Notes under the pieces: generated by a model
The model's database searches: none
Told to the model about the DNA's origin: nothing
The model's input: only the letters and a program-made list of their open reading frames with translations
Source of the DNA: a virus
Direction: 5' to 3' (one strand)
DNA: 64,000 nucleotides
Virus record (IMG/VR): IMGVR_UViG_3300033146_000850
Location: 1-64,000 of that record
Made by a program: the position numbers and the translations under genes
Part shown: positions 20,367-31,425 of the stretch, piece by piece
How positions within the stretch are numbered: position 1 is the first letter of the stretch
Layout of the letters: the number at the start of each line of letters is the position of its first letter

Positions 20367-21428
20367 ATGGCTACAAGATTATTCAAAGAAATGTATCTAA
20401 GAGGTACAATCGAAGGACCAGAAGATTTTCCAAAATTTGAGAACAGAGTTGATGGACACGTTTACAAATTAGAACTTTCAGCAGACACTAGCGACCCTGA
20501 ATCTGGAGCATTAGTATCTCCAGTTTTAGCAACAGGAGATGTTGTTGTTAAGGATAGTGTTAATCATTTTGACCCATTACACGCTGACTATTGTGTTATA
20601 GATGGCTCTTTGGGTGTTGCTACTGATTTAACAACAGATGCTATTTTTGTTGGTTCACAGGTTATTATTGATGGTGATGTTAGATATATCAAATCAATTA
20701 CATCTGCCACAGAATTCACAATCAATTACCCACTTTCAGTTGACAACACAGCTGTAACAACTGCTACTACTTTTAATGTTATTAAGTCTAATGACAATGC
20801 TGTTGTTGGTGCTTATGTTGAACCATCACATAAAGAAAAAAGAGCACCTAAATATGGTGAAATCACAGGTGTTGGAACTTTATTTACTACTGAATTTATG
20901 GTTGGTGATGTTGTTGAAATTAATGGAGAAAAAAGAGCTATAAAGTCAATTGCTAGTGATACAGTAATGGTTTTAGAATCAGCACTCAATTCAGATGTTA
21001 CTATTGCTTCTTCTACTCCAATATATCTTGTTAAAGATGGTGGATTCAATGTTGAAGTTAAAACAGGAACAGTTGAAACTGAGACAGTAACTTATGCTAT
21101 TCATAGCACATATGTTAACACTGATTATAAAGTTGTTAAAGCTAATGTTGGAAGTGGAACAGGATTTATTACCGATTTAACACTTCAAGAGGGTGATAAG
21201 GTTATATTTTTTAAAGATTTTACTGCATATGAGCGGGTTATTATATCTTTAACTGAAACTGTTATGACACTCGATAGACCAATTTCTGGTAATATTGATA
21301 GTATTGACACACCAGCAGAGGCTATTTCTTTATTTAAATCATCTACAGGACAAGTATTTGCAGATAATTCTCCAGCGTTTATTATGTGGTTAAACGGTGA
21401 ATGGGTTAAATTTGGAGATATTGCATAG
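20367..21428 (+). CDS. Virion structural protein with repeated GxGT.F..-type beta domains
   Basis: Three internal repeats (RYIKSITSAT / RAIKSIASDT / RVIISLTET); has its own promoter and terminator. Confidence 0.65.
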   Translation: MATRLFKEMYLRGTIEGPEDFPKFENRVDGHVYKLELSADTSDPESGALVSPVLATGDVVVKDSVNHFDPLHADYCVIDGSLGVATDLTTDAIFVGSQVIIDGDVRYIKSITSATEFTINYPLSVDNTAVTTATTFNVIKSNDNAVVGAYVEPSHKEKRAPKYGEITGVGTLFTTEFMVGDVVEINGEKRAIKSIASDTVMVLESALNSDVTIASSTPIYLVKDGGFNVEVKTGTVETETVTYAIHSTYVNTDYKVVKANVGSGTGFITDLTLQEGDKVIFFKDFTAYERVIISLTETVMTLDRPISGNIDSIDTPAEAISLFKSSTGQVFADNSPAFIMWLNGEWVKFGDIA

Positions 21429-21447
21429 GTTATAATCTATGTCAACT

Positions 21448-21480
21448 ATAAATGCCCCTTTTATTGGGGCATTTATTTTT
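21448..21480 (+). terminator. Intrinsic terminator
   Basis: ataaatgcccc-ttttatt-ggggcatttat followed by T run. Confidence 0.85.
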
Positions 21481-21531
21481 AATTCAACAAAATAATAAAT
21501 AAAAATAGAAATAAATATAGAGGGTTTTTAC

Positions 21532-23076
21532 ATGGGATGGCAAACACATATATATTGCGGTGATACAATCACACCACCTGTAATTGACTATTTATCTCAT
21601 TTTAATACATCCGATGGAACGAATAATTGTAATGTATCCAATGTATCAACATCTAACAGATATGTTTCAAACCCTGGCACATTTGATATAGGGGATTGGT
21701 CACCAAATACTATACATCCAACAACTAGAACTGATAATTTAGTATTTGATACCGGTAATAATTGTTCTATATTAAATAATTCCACAACAACCTTAAATGT
21801 AAATGTTATTGGTGCTGATGGAACAACAATATTATCAAATAATATTGTAACAATAACAGGTAATATTGATGATACTTCTAATAATATTAGAATATTAATA
21901 ACTGGGTTTACGGCTGATTCTGATAAATTTTCAGCTAGAATAAGAGTATATATTAACATTGATAATATTATTAATGATAGTGGTCGTTTTAGTATTAATA
22001 TTACACACAACGATGGTGCAGATGGAACATATACTAAAAATCAATCTAATATTTTTTATGATGTAGAATCATTAGATGCTGATATTAATGGGGTATCAAT
22101 ATCCGAAACACCTAATAATGTAGTAACTACTCATATTTCTGGACTAGAATATTATACACTGGGGAGTCAATTTACTATTAATATTAATGATATTGATTAT
22201 TTAAATGGAGACTCGTATCCAAATATTCAAGTAAATATTAATGGAATAGAATATGCTTTACCTGATTTAAATTTATCAGGTAGTGATGGTGATATTACAG
22301 ATTGGACTTTTGATTGGGATGATGACAATGACTCTTATGAGAATACAGTGTGGACTGTTAGCATACCTAATATTACAACAATTTCAACAACAGCAAATGT
22401 ATCTGCTAGACCTATAGATTGGGTGTCAGGAGATTGGGAAAGGTCTCCTAATAGTTCAATATTAGTTGAAACACATACCAACGCATCAACGAGATTGATT
22501 GAGTATTTTTATGATGAAAATTGGAGATGTCATAGTACCGCTGATTTCAACTCACCTAACGCTAAATCGTGGGATTCAACATCATTTCTGTTAAGTAATG
22601 AGGCTTGTTATATTAATGGTGGGTGTGAGCATAATATTACAGATTTTACAACATATTTACCAAATGACACCAGTTCATTAAATGCATCTCAAACAATACA
22701 ACCAGATTATTCATCACAAGATGTTATAGTTGAATTATATAGAGAATTTAACCACGATGGTTCAGCTAGTTCAGGATTCACATTATATATAAATGGAACT
22801 TGGAATTCAATAGAATGGAAACTTGGAAAAGCATATGATGGAACTCCTAGTGGGGGGACTGATTGGATAAATGCTGAATTACCTTATAATAGTGGGACTT
22901 GGAATAATGGTTCTCCATCTAATGGTGGGGGTCAAATTGGTGTTAATACTGCTAATGAGATACATAATACATTTGGGACAAATAATGCTATAAATATTAC
23001 TAATGGAACATTATATTTAAAAATAACATTTACTGCTGGACAAAGAATTGATTTATTAAGAATAGAATATGATTAA
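21532..23076 (+). CDS. Virion structural protein, paralogous in part to 24086..26551
   Basis: THISGLEYY/KHISGISYY and EYFYDENWR/ERFVDENYR shared; AATAAATA upstream. Confidence 0.65.
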   Translation: MGWQTHIYCGDTITPPVIDYLSHFNTSDGTNNCNVSNVSTSNRYVSNPGTFDIGDWSPNTIHPTTRTDNLVFDTGNNCSILNNSTTTLNVNVIGADGTTILSNNIVTITGNIDDTSNNIRILITGFTADSDKFSARIRVYINIDNIINDSGRFSINITHNDGADGTYTKNQSNIFYDVESLDADINGVSISETPNNVVTTHISGLEYYTLGSQFTININDIDYLNGDSYPNIQVNINGIEYALPDLNLSGSDGDITDWTFDWDDDNDSYENTVWTVSIPNITTISTTANVSARPIDWVSGDWERSPNSSILVETHTNASTRLIEYFYDENWRCHSTADFNSPNAKSWDSTSFLLSNEACYINGGCEHNITDFTTYLPNDTSSLNASQTIQPDYSSQDVIVELYREFNHDGSASSGFTLYINGTWNSIEWKLGKAYDGTPSGGTDWINAELPYNSGTWNNGSPSNGGGQIGVNTANEIHNTFGTNNAINITNGTLYLKITFTAGQRIDLLRIEYD

Positions 23077-23088
23077 AGGAGATATTGT

Positions 23089-23253
23089 ATGAAGGTGTTT
23101 ACTAAGGATATAGAATTAAAAGAGTTAAAAAATGGTGATTTTACAGTATCTATGGCTATTAATGACTCATCTTTGGTTATAAAAACTATTAAAAAGAAAG
23201 ATATTAGAAAAATATATTTCTTATTGAAATCTATATTTGATAATGAGGGTTAA
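23089..23253 (+). CDS. 54-aa hypothetical protein (not in ORF track)
   Basis: AGGAG RBS; MKVFTKDIELKELKNGDFTVSMAIND...; resembles the C-terminal half of 26561..26866. Confidence 0.7.
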   Translation: MKVFTKDIELKELKNGDFTVSMAINDSSLVIKTIKKKDIRKIYFLLKSIFDNEG

Positions 23254-23254
23254 T

Positions 23255-24025
23255 ATGATAAAATTTAAAGATTTCTTATTAGAAACAAATAATGAAGAAT
23301 TAACCCTGAAAAGGTATCTATCATTATCTAAAGATGAACATATTAAATATTTAATTTATGATTTTGAGTATATGTTACAAGATTTTATAGACGATGTTGG
23401 TTTAGATATTGATGATTTAGATGTCAATGATTTAGATGTTGATGATTTAGATGATGATGTTAAAGATGATTTTTCAAAATGGATTTATTCAAAAATTGAG
23501 AATAACGAGGATATTCCAAATGCTGACATACCATCTTGGGTGTTTTTTGATGACAACCCAAAGATTCTAAAACCACAATGGTTGTTACATTTTTCAGATA
23601 ATGCATATTCTATTTCTAAAGATGGTTTTAAATATGGAATATCCGAGATGAGTAAATTAGGATTGACCACTCAACAATCTGAATATGATAAAAAATGGGG
23701 AGGTTATAATTTTGCATATCTCGTAGATGATTCTAATAAATATAGTAATAACCGTGACGGTTATAAATATGGAAAAGAGGCTATTTTATTCATTTCATCT
23801 GGTGTGTTGACTTATCATTATTCTGATGAAGAACCGCAAGTGATTTTTTGGGGTGAATTTGCTAGAAATATTATTTATATTGAAAAAATAAATTATGGTT
23901 ATGGGATTGCTAGTTTAAAAGATGGAAATATTATTTTTGAGGCTGACACAATAGAGGAAGTTGCTTATTGGGCTATTAATAATTTTAATCAATATAGAAA
24001 ATCTATAGTTTCAAAAGAAAAATAA
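23255..24025 (+). CDS. Hypothetical protein with T4 internal-protein-like N-terminal leader
   Basis: MIKFKDFLLE start after GAGGG. Confidence 0.6.
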   Translation: MIKFKDFLLETNNEELTLKRYLSLSKDEHIKYLIYDFEYMLQDFIDDVGLDIDDLDVNDLDVDDLDDDVKDDFSKWIYSKIENNEDIPNADIPSWVFFDDNPKILKPQWLLHFSDNAYSISKDGFKYGISEMSKLGLTTQQSEYDKKWGGYNFAYLVDDSNKYSNNRDGYKYGKEAILFISSGVLTYHYSDEEPQVIFWGEFARNIIYIEKINYGYGIASLKDGNIIFEADTIEEVAYWAINNFNQYRKSIVSKEK

Positions 24026-24085
24026 TCCCATCTTATCAAAAAACTAAATAATAATATTAATGTTAAATAATAGGATAATAATATC

Positions 24086-26551
24086 ATGCCTTTTTCACAA
24101 AATGAGAAATTAGCTATTGCTGAGAAATTAGCATTACAAATAACTAGTACTACAGATGATAAATTTTGGTATAATGAGTTATTTGGTAATTTACCCTTAG
24201 TTAATCCTAAAAATATACTTACAGATATATCTTTAATACCAGGGGCAAGTTCTTTAGCACAGGCACAAACTAATGTAATTAATAATCCAACGTTAATCGA
24301 AGAGATTAAAATTAGACTAACTGTAGATTTAACCAGTAACTATAGTGCATATATATCTACAGTTACGTATAATGATTTTACAAATTTATATGATAATTTC
24401 ATTAGTCCTGCTTTAATTAGATATTCTGGCTCACCATCGTATGGATATGGTGTTAGACTATATGACGGAGACCCTGATTCAGGAGGAACCGAATTATACA
24501 CATCATATCTTGCTGGATTGGGAGGGGAACCGAGCTGGTCGTTTAGTTATTCTAGTGGTATTCTATTTGTATCTTCGGATGTAGCATCTACTTTTCAAGG
24601 AATATATGATACAAACGGATTATATATTAAAGTATTCCATTATATTGGTGCTACTGGTGGAGGTGGTGGAGCATCAACAACATTAGTAGTTAAAGAAAAT
24701 GATAACATTCCAACAGGGTCTAATATAGATACTATATCTTTCAATGGAGATGTTGGTGTTGGGGGAGAAAGGGTTATGATTATAGGTAACACCGCATATA
24801 TAAACCCTCCACCACCTCCAGTACCATTAGGTGGTGATTTAATATTAAATGGAACTGTATTATATACTGGTCGTGAATCACAAAACAATATTAATTATGA
24901 GGGTGTTGCTGGTGACTCACATGATTATTTAACTACAGATGCAACATTTACCCTTTCGTGTGCAGAATTCAATAATGCTAGTATTGATAATTTAACAATA
25001 TATATTAATGGGACTGTTGTTGCTGATTTAGACCTTTTAGCTAATTTTAATGAATTAAATAGGAATGGTAGCCAAAACATATCCGATTATGATAATCAAG
25101 GGACCGGTGACACACCTATTAACGGAAATATAGCTTTTACTGGGGGTGATTTACAAATAGATTCTGTTAATTGGTTTAATAATATGTCAATTGATACTTA
25201 TCAGGCGGGTGCATTCACAATAAATATTACACCATCAGCATTAAGACAAGGGTATAACACTATTCACGCTGAACATAATGGGAATTCTACTAACATTTTT
25301 AAGATATTTTATGATACAGATGTTGGGGCTAATCCGAGTATTAACAATTTTGATTTAGATGTTGGCACCCCAGTTATTAAACATATATCTGGTATATCTT
25401 ATTATAACACAGGAACGGTTATTGATATTGATTTAGATGTTATGCGAGCGTTTGATAACGTATATCATCAATCTAACGCACCAGTTGTATTGTCAAACTT
25501 TCCAAATATATCTAATCAATATATTTCATATACCGATACTTGTGTTACAAATGTATCAACTCCTCCTGCTTTATTAGAAACAATGAATATTACTGATTAT
25601 CATATTACAGTGGTTAGTGGTACGGAAATTGACGATTTAATTTTGACTGCTACACCTAGAGACCCATATGGGTCATATACAACGGTTAATACTCCTAGTC
25701 ACGGTATAAGTATAATGAGTATTCCAGATTTATCAAATAATACAACTGAAAGATTTGTCGATGAAAATTATAGATTTCCAATAACCTCAAATTTTAATAT
25801 TGTACCGACATCAAAAACAGGTAATTGGGATTCAACAGATTCGTTATTGGTATTAAATGATGAATTACAAGTATATGATGAAAACAACACACAACCTAGA
25901 TGTTTAGCATTTCCTAGTTTTGATTATTCTATTAATAGAATGCCAGTCAGTTTAAATTATACATCACTAGCATCAGGTAATGATTATAAATATGTAAGAG
26001 TGTTTATTGGAACAATTGATAATTCTAATGGTATATTACAAGTCCCTGGGCTTAGTGATACAGATATATCCTCTGGAAATGTTAAAATAGAAATAAAAGT
26101 TCCTAGTAAAACAGATTGGTTGCTATTAAATAATGATTATAATATGGGGACATTTGAAGATAATGTGAAATATGTGAATAATACTTGGGTAGCATCCAAC
26201 AATTATAATTCAGGTGATTGGGTTATTCCTAATACATCAAATGGATATAAATATAAATGTACAACTGATAATGGTAATTCAGGTGCAAGTGAACCTGTTT
26301 GGGGAACTGTTGTTGGTGGAACAACTATCGATAATGGTTTAATTTGGACTTGTTATTTGATAGATAATGGTGAAGGGTGTAAAATTAATCCAACATCACA
26401 TTCACCTAATATAGATGGTTCTTTAGAATTCACATTGGGAACATATTCGAGTGATGCTAGTGTTGATAGATGTATATTCATCAGGGTTACATATGCCTCA
26501 AATATACAAAGTGGATTATTAATATCAGGTTTTGGGATTTCAAACTGGTAG
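24086..26551 (+). CDS. Virion structural protein
   Basis: ACTAAATA at 24043; N-terminus paralogous to 28030..31422; W.AS..Y..GD module near the C-terminus. Confidence 0.65.
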   Translation: MPFSQNEKLAIAEKLALQITSTTDDKFWYNELFGNLPLVNPKNILTDISLIPGASSLAQAQTNVINNPTLIEEIKIRLTVDLTSNYSAYISTVTYNDFTNLYDNFISPALIRYSGSPSYGYGVRLYDGDPDSGGTELYTSYLAGLGGEPSWSFSYSSGILFVSSDVASTFQGIYDTNGLYIKVFHYIGATGGGGGASTTLVVKENDNIPTGSNIDTISFNGDVGVGGERVMIIGNTAYINPPPPPVPLGGDLILNGTVLYTGRESQNNINYEGVAGDSHDYLTTDATFTLSCAEFNNASIDNLTIYINGTVVADLDLLANFNELNRNGSQNISDYDNQGTGDTPINGNIAFTGGDLQIDSVNWFNNMSIDTYQAGAFTINITPSALRQGYNTIHAEHNGNSTNIFKIFYDTDVGANPSINNFDLDVGTPVIKHISGISYYNTGTVIDIDLDVMRAFDNVYHQSNAPVVLSNFPNISNQYISYTDTCVTNVSTPPALLETMNITDYHITVVSGTEIDDLILTATPRDPYGSYTTVNTPSHGISIMSIPDLSNNTTERFVDENYRFPITSNFNIVPTSKTGNWDSTDSLLVLNDELQVYDENNTQPRCLAFPSFDYSINRMPVSLNYTSLASGNDYKYVRVFIGTIDNSNGILQVPGLSDTDISSGNVKIEIKVPSKTDWLLLNNDYNMGTFEDNVKYVNNTWVASNNYNSGDWVIPNTSNGYKYKCTTDNGNSGASEPVWGTVVGGTTIDNGLIWTCYLIDNGEGCKINPTSHSPNIDGSLEFTLGTYSSDASVDRCIFIRVTYASNIQSGLLISGFGISNW

Positions 26552-26560
26552 GGGGTATAT

Positions 26561-26866
26561 ATGGAAATAAAAATAATAACACATAATGATAAAATTGGTA
26601 TAATTTTCTTAAATAACGATAGTGATATTTTATATTTAAATAGATTAGAGGCAAAAATACTCGTAAAACAAGCAGAATTGGCTCTAGAGCAACAAAAAAG
26701 TGAAACTAGTGTGTTTGGTAAGGACGGGTTGTTTTCGTTCATTAAACAGGATAATAACAATTATTTGTTATCAATATATATAAACGAGAGATATTCTACA
26801 GGTAAAATATTAACATTTCAAAACGTTAAAGAAATTATATTTTTAGTAAATAACGAATTAATTTAA
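26561..26866 (+). CDS. Hypothetical protein
   Basis: 101-aa ORF with G-rich RBS. Confidence 0.65.
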   Translation: MEIKIITHNDKIGIIFLNNDSDILYLNRLEAKILVKQAELALEQQKSETSVFGKDGLFSFIKQDNNNYLLSIYINERYSTGKILTFQNVKEIIFLVNNELI

Positions 26867-26878
26867 AGAGGTGATTAT

Positions 26879-27970
26879 ATGAAATTGTTAGATTATAATA
26901 TTAATGATTCTGAATTAATTGAGGAGTTTGATAATGTTGATGATGCATTATTTATAAATAGTGTAATAGTTGATGATTTTGATAATATTATATATTATTG
27001 TAAATTTAAAGACGGTGTATTATCAATATTAACAGAAGCTTCAAATATAACTTTAAGTTTCAAAGAATCATTAATATCATCAATTTTAGAACAAGGTATT
27101 GAAATGCCTGATTATATACGTTTTGGTGAAAAAGTTATCAATGCCCCAAAACGGTTAATGGCAAACACACGTATAAATTTGTCAAAGAATGAAATTATTA
27201 AAAAATTATATAAATCAAAACAAAAATTTGAATTGGAACAGGGGATGTCCCCTGATTTAGTGTCTATTATGACGGAAGAAACCCAAAAAGGAAACCCTAA
27301 GGCATTATTAAATAACCAATGGTGTAGAAATTTATATGGTAAATTAAATGAAAAAATTCAAAATGTTAAAAATGATTTAGATTATGATTATGATTTTTCA
27401 AGTGTAGGGAGTTTACCATATAGTGCTATAGAAATATTAGAATTAAATGCTGAATATACCGATATTATGCATATAATATTGGTTGAGGTATTTTATGACC
27501 CTGATGGTATTGATGATAACAATGAATGGTTGGTTATGTATAACCCAACTAATGATGATATTGATATTACAGGATATACTATTGAAGTTGCAGGTGTATA
27601 TTTTAAACCTCAATGTGAGCTTCCTAAATTTATAATTCCACCAAATGAATATTTTATTATTGGAGGGAGTAACGTTATGAATGTTGACTATACTTACAAT
27701 CTATCTATGCAAAATGGTGGGAAGGAGACTGATGGTGTTAGAATATTAAATAGTAATGGAATGGTTTTAGATACTATATTATATAATTTAAATAATACCA
27801 ATTCATTACCCGATGATTTAAGAACACCATCTATTAGTTTTGCCCCTGATGTTAATGCTGGAGAATCCCTTATTCGTAGGAAAATCAATGATAAATATTT
27901 AGATACCAATTCATCAGCTAAAGATTTTGAGGTTAATTTAAATCCTGATTTGTCAATTTATAAAAAATAA
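26879..27970 (+). CDS. Protein with C-terminal lamin-tail (LTD)-like domain
   Basis: ILVEVFYDPDG..NEWLVMYNPT..IDITGYTI; LQNGG..DGVRI; DTNSSAKDF. Confidence 0.75.
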   Translation: MKLLDYNINDSELIEEFDNVDDALFINSVIVDDFDNIIYYCKFKDGVLSILTEASNITLSFKESLISSILEQGIEMPDYIRFGEKVINAPKRLMANTRINLSKNEIIKKLYKSKQKFELEQGMSPDLVSIMTEETQKGNPKALLNNQWCRNLYGKLNEKIQNVKNDLDYDYDFSSVGSLPYSAIEILELNAEYTDIMHIILVEVFYDPDGIDDNNEWLVMYNPTNDDIDITGYTIEVAGVYFKPQCELPKFIIPPNEYFIIGGSNVMNVDYTYNLSMQNGGKETDGVRILNSNGMVLDTILYNLNNTNSLPDDLRTPSISFAPDVNAGESLIRRKINDKYLDTNSSAKDFEVNLNPDLSIYKK

Positions 27971-28029
27971 AACTGGTTTTATTAAAAAACTAAATAAAAT
28001 TGTGAAATTCAACAAATGTGAGTAAAAAA

Positions 28030-31000
28030 ATGGCTAAATTATCAAACAATACAGTATTAGATGTTGTAGGGAAACAGGGACTTGGTGTATCTTCTACTAA
28101 TAATGATAAAAATTATTATGAAGAGTTATATAGTTGGAGACCCCAGCTTACTGGTGATGATATTTTTACAGATATTGTTCCTAATGCTGATAACCCATCT
28201 GAGGCAGATGATAATGTTATTAATAATCCAACCATTTTAGAAAAATTAACAGATTATACATTAACAGAGCTACCATCATCAAATGGTCAAGGATATGGTA
28301 TATTTACAACACCTGGAGATACATCGTCTGATAGATTATATGATTTTTTAACCCCACAAAAATTTGGAAATGGATATGCTTGTATATTGAAAAATAATAC
28401 AACAATTATTCCATTGTCAGCAGGTCAATTTACAGTTGATTACGCTAATGGTATTATTAGATTTGATGTTGCTAGTACTCCATCATTTATGGGGTGGAGT
28501 AATTTGAATATTACCATATATAGATATATTGGTGAGACTGGTGGAGGTACTTCTGGAGGTGAGGGTTTTAATATGACTTTTACCAATAGTAACCTTGTTA
28601 ATGGTGTATTATCAGTTCCACACGGATTGGGAGCTATATATAATGTTATACATATAGCAATTAGGGATAATTTGAATGATAATATATATCCTGATGGTGT
28701 TAATTTTATAGATAATGATAATGCATCTTTAGATTTTAGTTCATTTAGTCCAATATCTGGAACTTGGGCGTTAACTGTTGGTATTGGCGGTGGAAGTGGT
28801 GGGACACCACCTATTATTGACCCTTTACAGATAGATGGTGAAACAAAAACACCATTATCTGGTAGTTTTCAATGGTTGAATAACACTATATCTGGTTTAC
28901 CAACATCTCACGATATAGAAATTGGTGAAAAGGTTGTTGCTGGTTACACTCTACCGTCTGTATTGTGGGTAAACACTGAATTATCAGAAAATGGAGGTGT
29001 AGAGTTTATATTAATACCAGAAACTGGAAATATTACTGATTATATAGTGACTGGACAAGAATTTATTGTGACTGGTTCAACGGCTAATGGTAATATATAT
29101 TCTATAGGTTCAGGTATATATTTAAATGGTAGTGCGATTGCAAATTATCACGTTGCAGAGATAGTTTTTGTATCTGGAACACCTGTTTCGTTACCAACAT
29201 ATCCAACAATTGAGGTTCCAACATCTGTGGATAGGGTTGGTGGTGCACAGAATGTTGAAATAGAATGTTTAGTTGAAAGTGTAATGCCAACATCGATTGA
29301 TATTGATGAGTCAACTCAAACAACTATAAATATAACATCTATTAATATATATTGTAAACACTATATTAAACACGGTAATTTTGGGATAGGTAAAGATAAC
29401 CCTGATTATTTATTGGATGTTGATGGAACATGTAAATTAAAAAATATAATATCTGATAATATTATTGTTGAATTTCCTGAAAGTGAACCTATAGATAATG
29501 GTGAGCTTGTGTTTTTTGGTTCAGATAAAGATAAAAATTTAATAACTAGTAAAGATTATTACAAGGGATTTGATGAAACATCCTTAAATTTTGATGATTT
29601 ATCAACAAATAGTGTATTAACAGGTGGAACCGTCCTTTACGGTTCAGATATTGTTGTTGAGTTTTTACAGTATCCATCCGCTGTAGATTCATTAAGGGCT
29701 TATACGATAGATATTGATGGTACTAATCTAGGAACACCTTTTGAGATAGGAAATTCTACTGGGGCAAAAGTATTCCCCTTACGATACAATTCAAATGATG
29801 ATAACCGAACTATAGAGGATGGTGACAAAGAATTTGGTGTGGTAAATGTGATGAGTGCGAGTAGTGGTCAATTATATTTAGGATATTATAGATGTAATAC
29901 AGACTTAACAATAACACAATTGAAAATATATGATTATTCTATAAGTCTAGGTGCAAACTGGGAATTACAGACTGTTATACCGATAACACATAAAATATTA
30001 ACTAATACAACAATAAGATATTTTGTTATAGTTGTTAAAGACCCATCAAACAATTCTTGGATTAAATTTTGTAGTTACGACCCAGCAACAGATACAGAAA
30101 TAATAGGTGATAATATAGATATAGGCATTCAATATGACCCTAATAACAATATATTTGCACATTATAGGGTTAGTCCAAACACCTTTAGACTTATGTTTCA
30201 AACATCTTCGGGTATAATGTTGATGAATATAGATATTAACCCAACAACTTATAATATGATTAATCCACCTGTAATTGAATACGTATTTGGACAACCTACT
30301 GGAAAATTAATGTATGTTGATTTTGACGATACTTATATTGGAACTGATTCTTTTGATATTATTGCTGTGCAGTATAATGTTGGAAGTGTGTCTATATTTG
30401 ATATTCATTGGAAGGGTGGTTTAGTATCAGCTTTGGAATATAATATGTTGGATAAAAGTTGTTATTATCACGGTGTTAATTATTTTAATTGCAGACGAAT
30501 GGGTTTAACTAATAAAATAGTGTTATATGGACATCACACAGATAGAGCGGTTGGTATTGTTGATGTTAAAGATAAGACTTATAAAGTAGTTGGATTATTT
30601 GGCAACTGGGATTATATGAATGAGACAGAATCTCAAAATTGTGTAAGGGTATTGTCAGATAAAATTTTATATATTGAGTCATATGATAGTTATAAATTTG
30701 TGAAATTTTATGATAATGCAGTGGGTCTTTGTGTGAGCAATATTAATAATCAAATACAAGTCATATTTGGGGGAAAATATACATCGACAACCCCAAGGTA
30801 TGATGTTGGGTCTAATATCTCATTAGGACCAGTTCCTTTGTTAGGAATGGGTGGCTCAACATTAGGGTTCTCAAATAAATATAGTTGTGGGATAAATTTA
30901 GCAACCCCAATATCATCAACCGAGATATTATTTAATCCTAGTATTAATACAATATCTAGTTCAAATACTCTTAAATTGGATAAACATTCAACATTTAGAG

Positions 31001-31422
31001 AACAACAATCTTCTGGTGTTGATGGTGGTACTTTTACATCAGGGTCTTGGGTAACAAGAACTCTGAATAATATGGATTCAAATATTGGGGCTGTATTATC
31101 TGGCAATCAATTTACACTACCTAAAGGTAAATATTCAATTAATGCATCCGCACCTGCATATATGGTTGATAAACATCAAATACAATTATTTAATGTAGAT
31201 TCTGGTGTAGTTAGTATATTGGGAACAACTGAAACATCTGTAAATGGTGCATATGCTCAAAATAGAAGTTTTATAAGTGGTGTTATTGACATTATTAACC
31301 CAACTACATTTGAGATACAACATAGATGTGAAACCACAGTTGCTAATAATGGATTGGGTATTGGTGTTTCGTGGGGTGATAATGTTTTTACAATTGTTGA
31401 AATTGAAAGGTTAGGAGATTAA
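28030..31422 (+). CDS. Large tail-fibre-like protein
   Basis: ACTAAATA at 27989; GNFGIGKDNPDYLLDVDG fibre motif; C-terminal GGTFTSGSWVTRTLN..FTLPKGKY domain. Confidence 0.7.
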   Translation: MAKLSNNTVLDVVGKQGLGVSSTNNDKNYYEELYSWRPQLTGDDIFTDIVPNADNPSEADDNVINNPTILEKLTDYTLTELPSSNGQGYGIFTTPGDTSSDRLYDFLTPQKFGNGYACILKNNTTIIPLSAGQFTVDYANGIIRFDVASTPSFMGWSNLNITIYRYIGETGGGTSGGEGFNMTFTNSNLVNGVLSVPHGLGAIYNVIHIAIRDNLNDNIYPDGVNFIDNDNASLDFSSFSPISGTWALTVGIGGGSGGTPPIIDPLQIDGETKTPLSGSFQWLNNTISGLPTSHDIEIGEKVVAGYTLPSVLWVNTELSENGGVEFILIPETGNITDYIVTGQEFIVTGSTANGNIYSIGSGIYLNGSAIANYHVAEIVFVSGTPVSLPTYPTIEVPTSVDRVGGAQNVEIECLVESVMPTSIDIDESTQTTINITSINIYCKHYIKHGNFGIGKDNPDYLLDVDGTCKLKNIISDNIIVEFPESEPIDNGELVFFGSDKDKNLITSKDYYKGFDETSLNFDDLSTNSVLTGGTVLYGSDIVVEFLQYPSAVDSLRAYTIDIDGTNLGTPFEIGNSTGAKVFPLRYNSNDDNRTIEDGDKEFGVVNVMSASSGQLYLGYYRCNTDLTITQLKIYDYSISLGANWELQTVIPITHKILTNTTIRYFVIVVKDPSNNSWIKFCSYDPATDTEIIGDNIDIGIQYDPNNNIFAHYRVSPNTFRLMFQTSSGIMLMNIDINPTTYNMINPPVIEYVFGQPTGKLMYVDFDDTYIGTDSFDIIAVQYNVGSVSIFDIHWKGGLVSALEYNMLDKSCYYHGVNYFNCRRMGLTNKIVLYGHHTDRAVGIVDVKDKTYKVVGLFGNWDYMNETESQNCVRVLSDKILYIESYDSYKFVKFYDNAVGLCVSNINNQIQVIFGGKYTSTTPRYDVGSNISLGPVPLLGMGGSTLGFSNKYSCGINLATPISSTEILFNPSINTISSSNTLKLDKHSTFREQQSSGVDGGTFTSGSWVTRTLNNMDSNIGAVLSGNQFTLPKGKYSINASAPAYMVDKHQIQLFNVDSGVVSILGTTETSVNGAYAQNRSFISGVIDIINPTTFEIQHRCETTVANNGLGIGVSWGDNVFTIVEIERLGD

Positions 31423-31425
31423 TAT

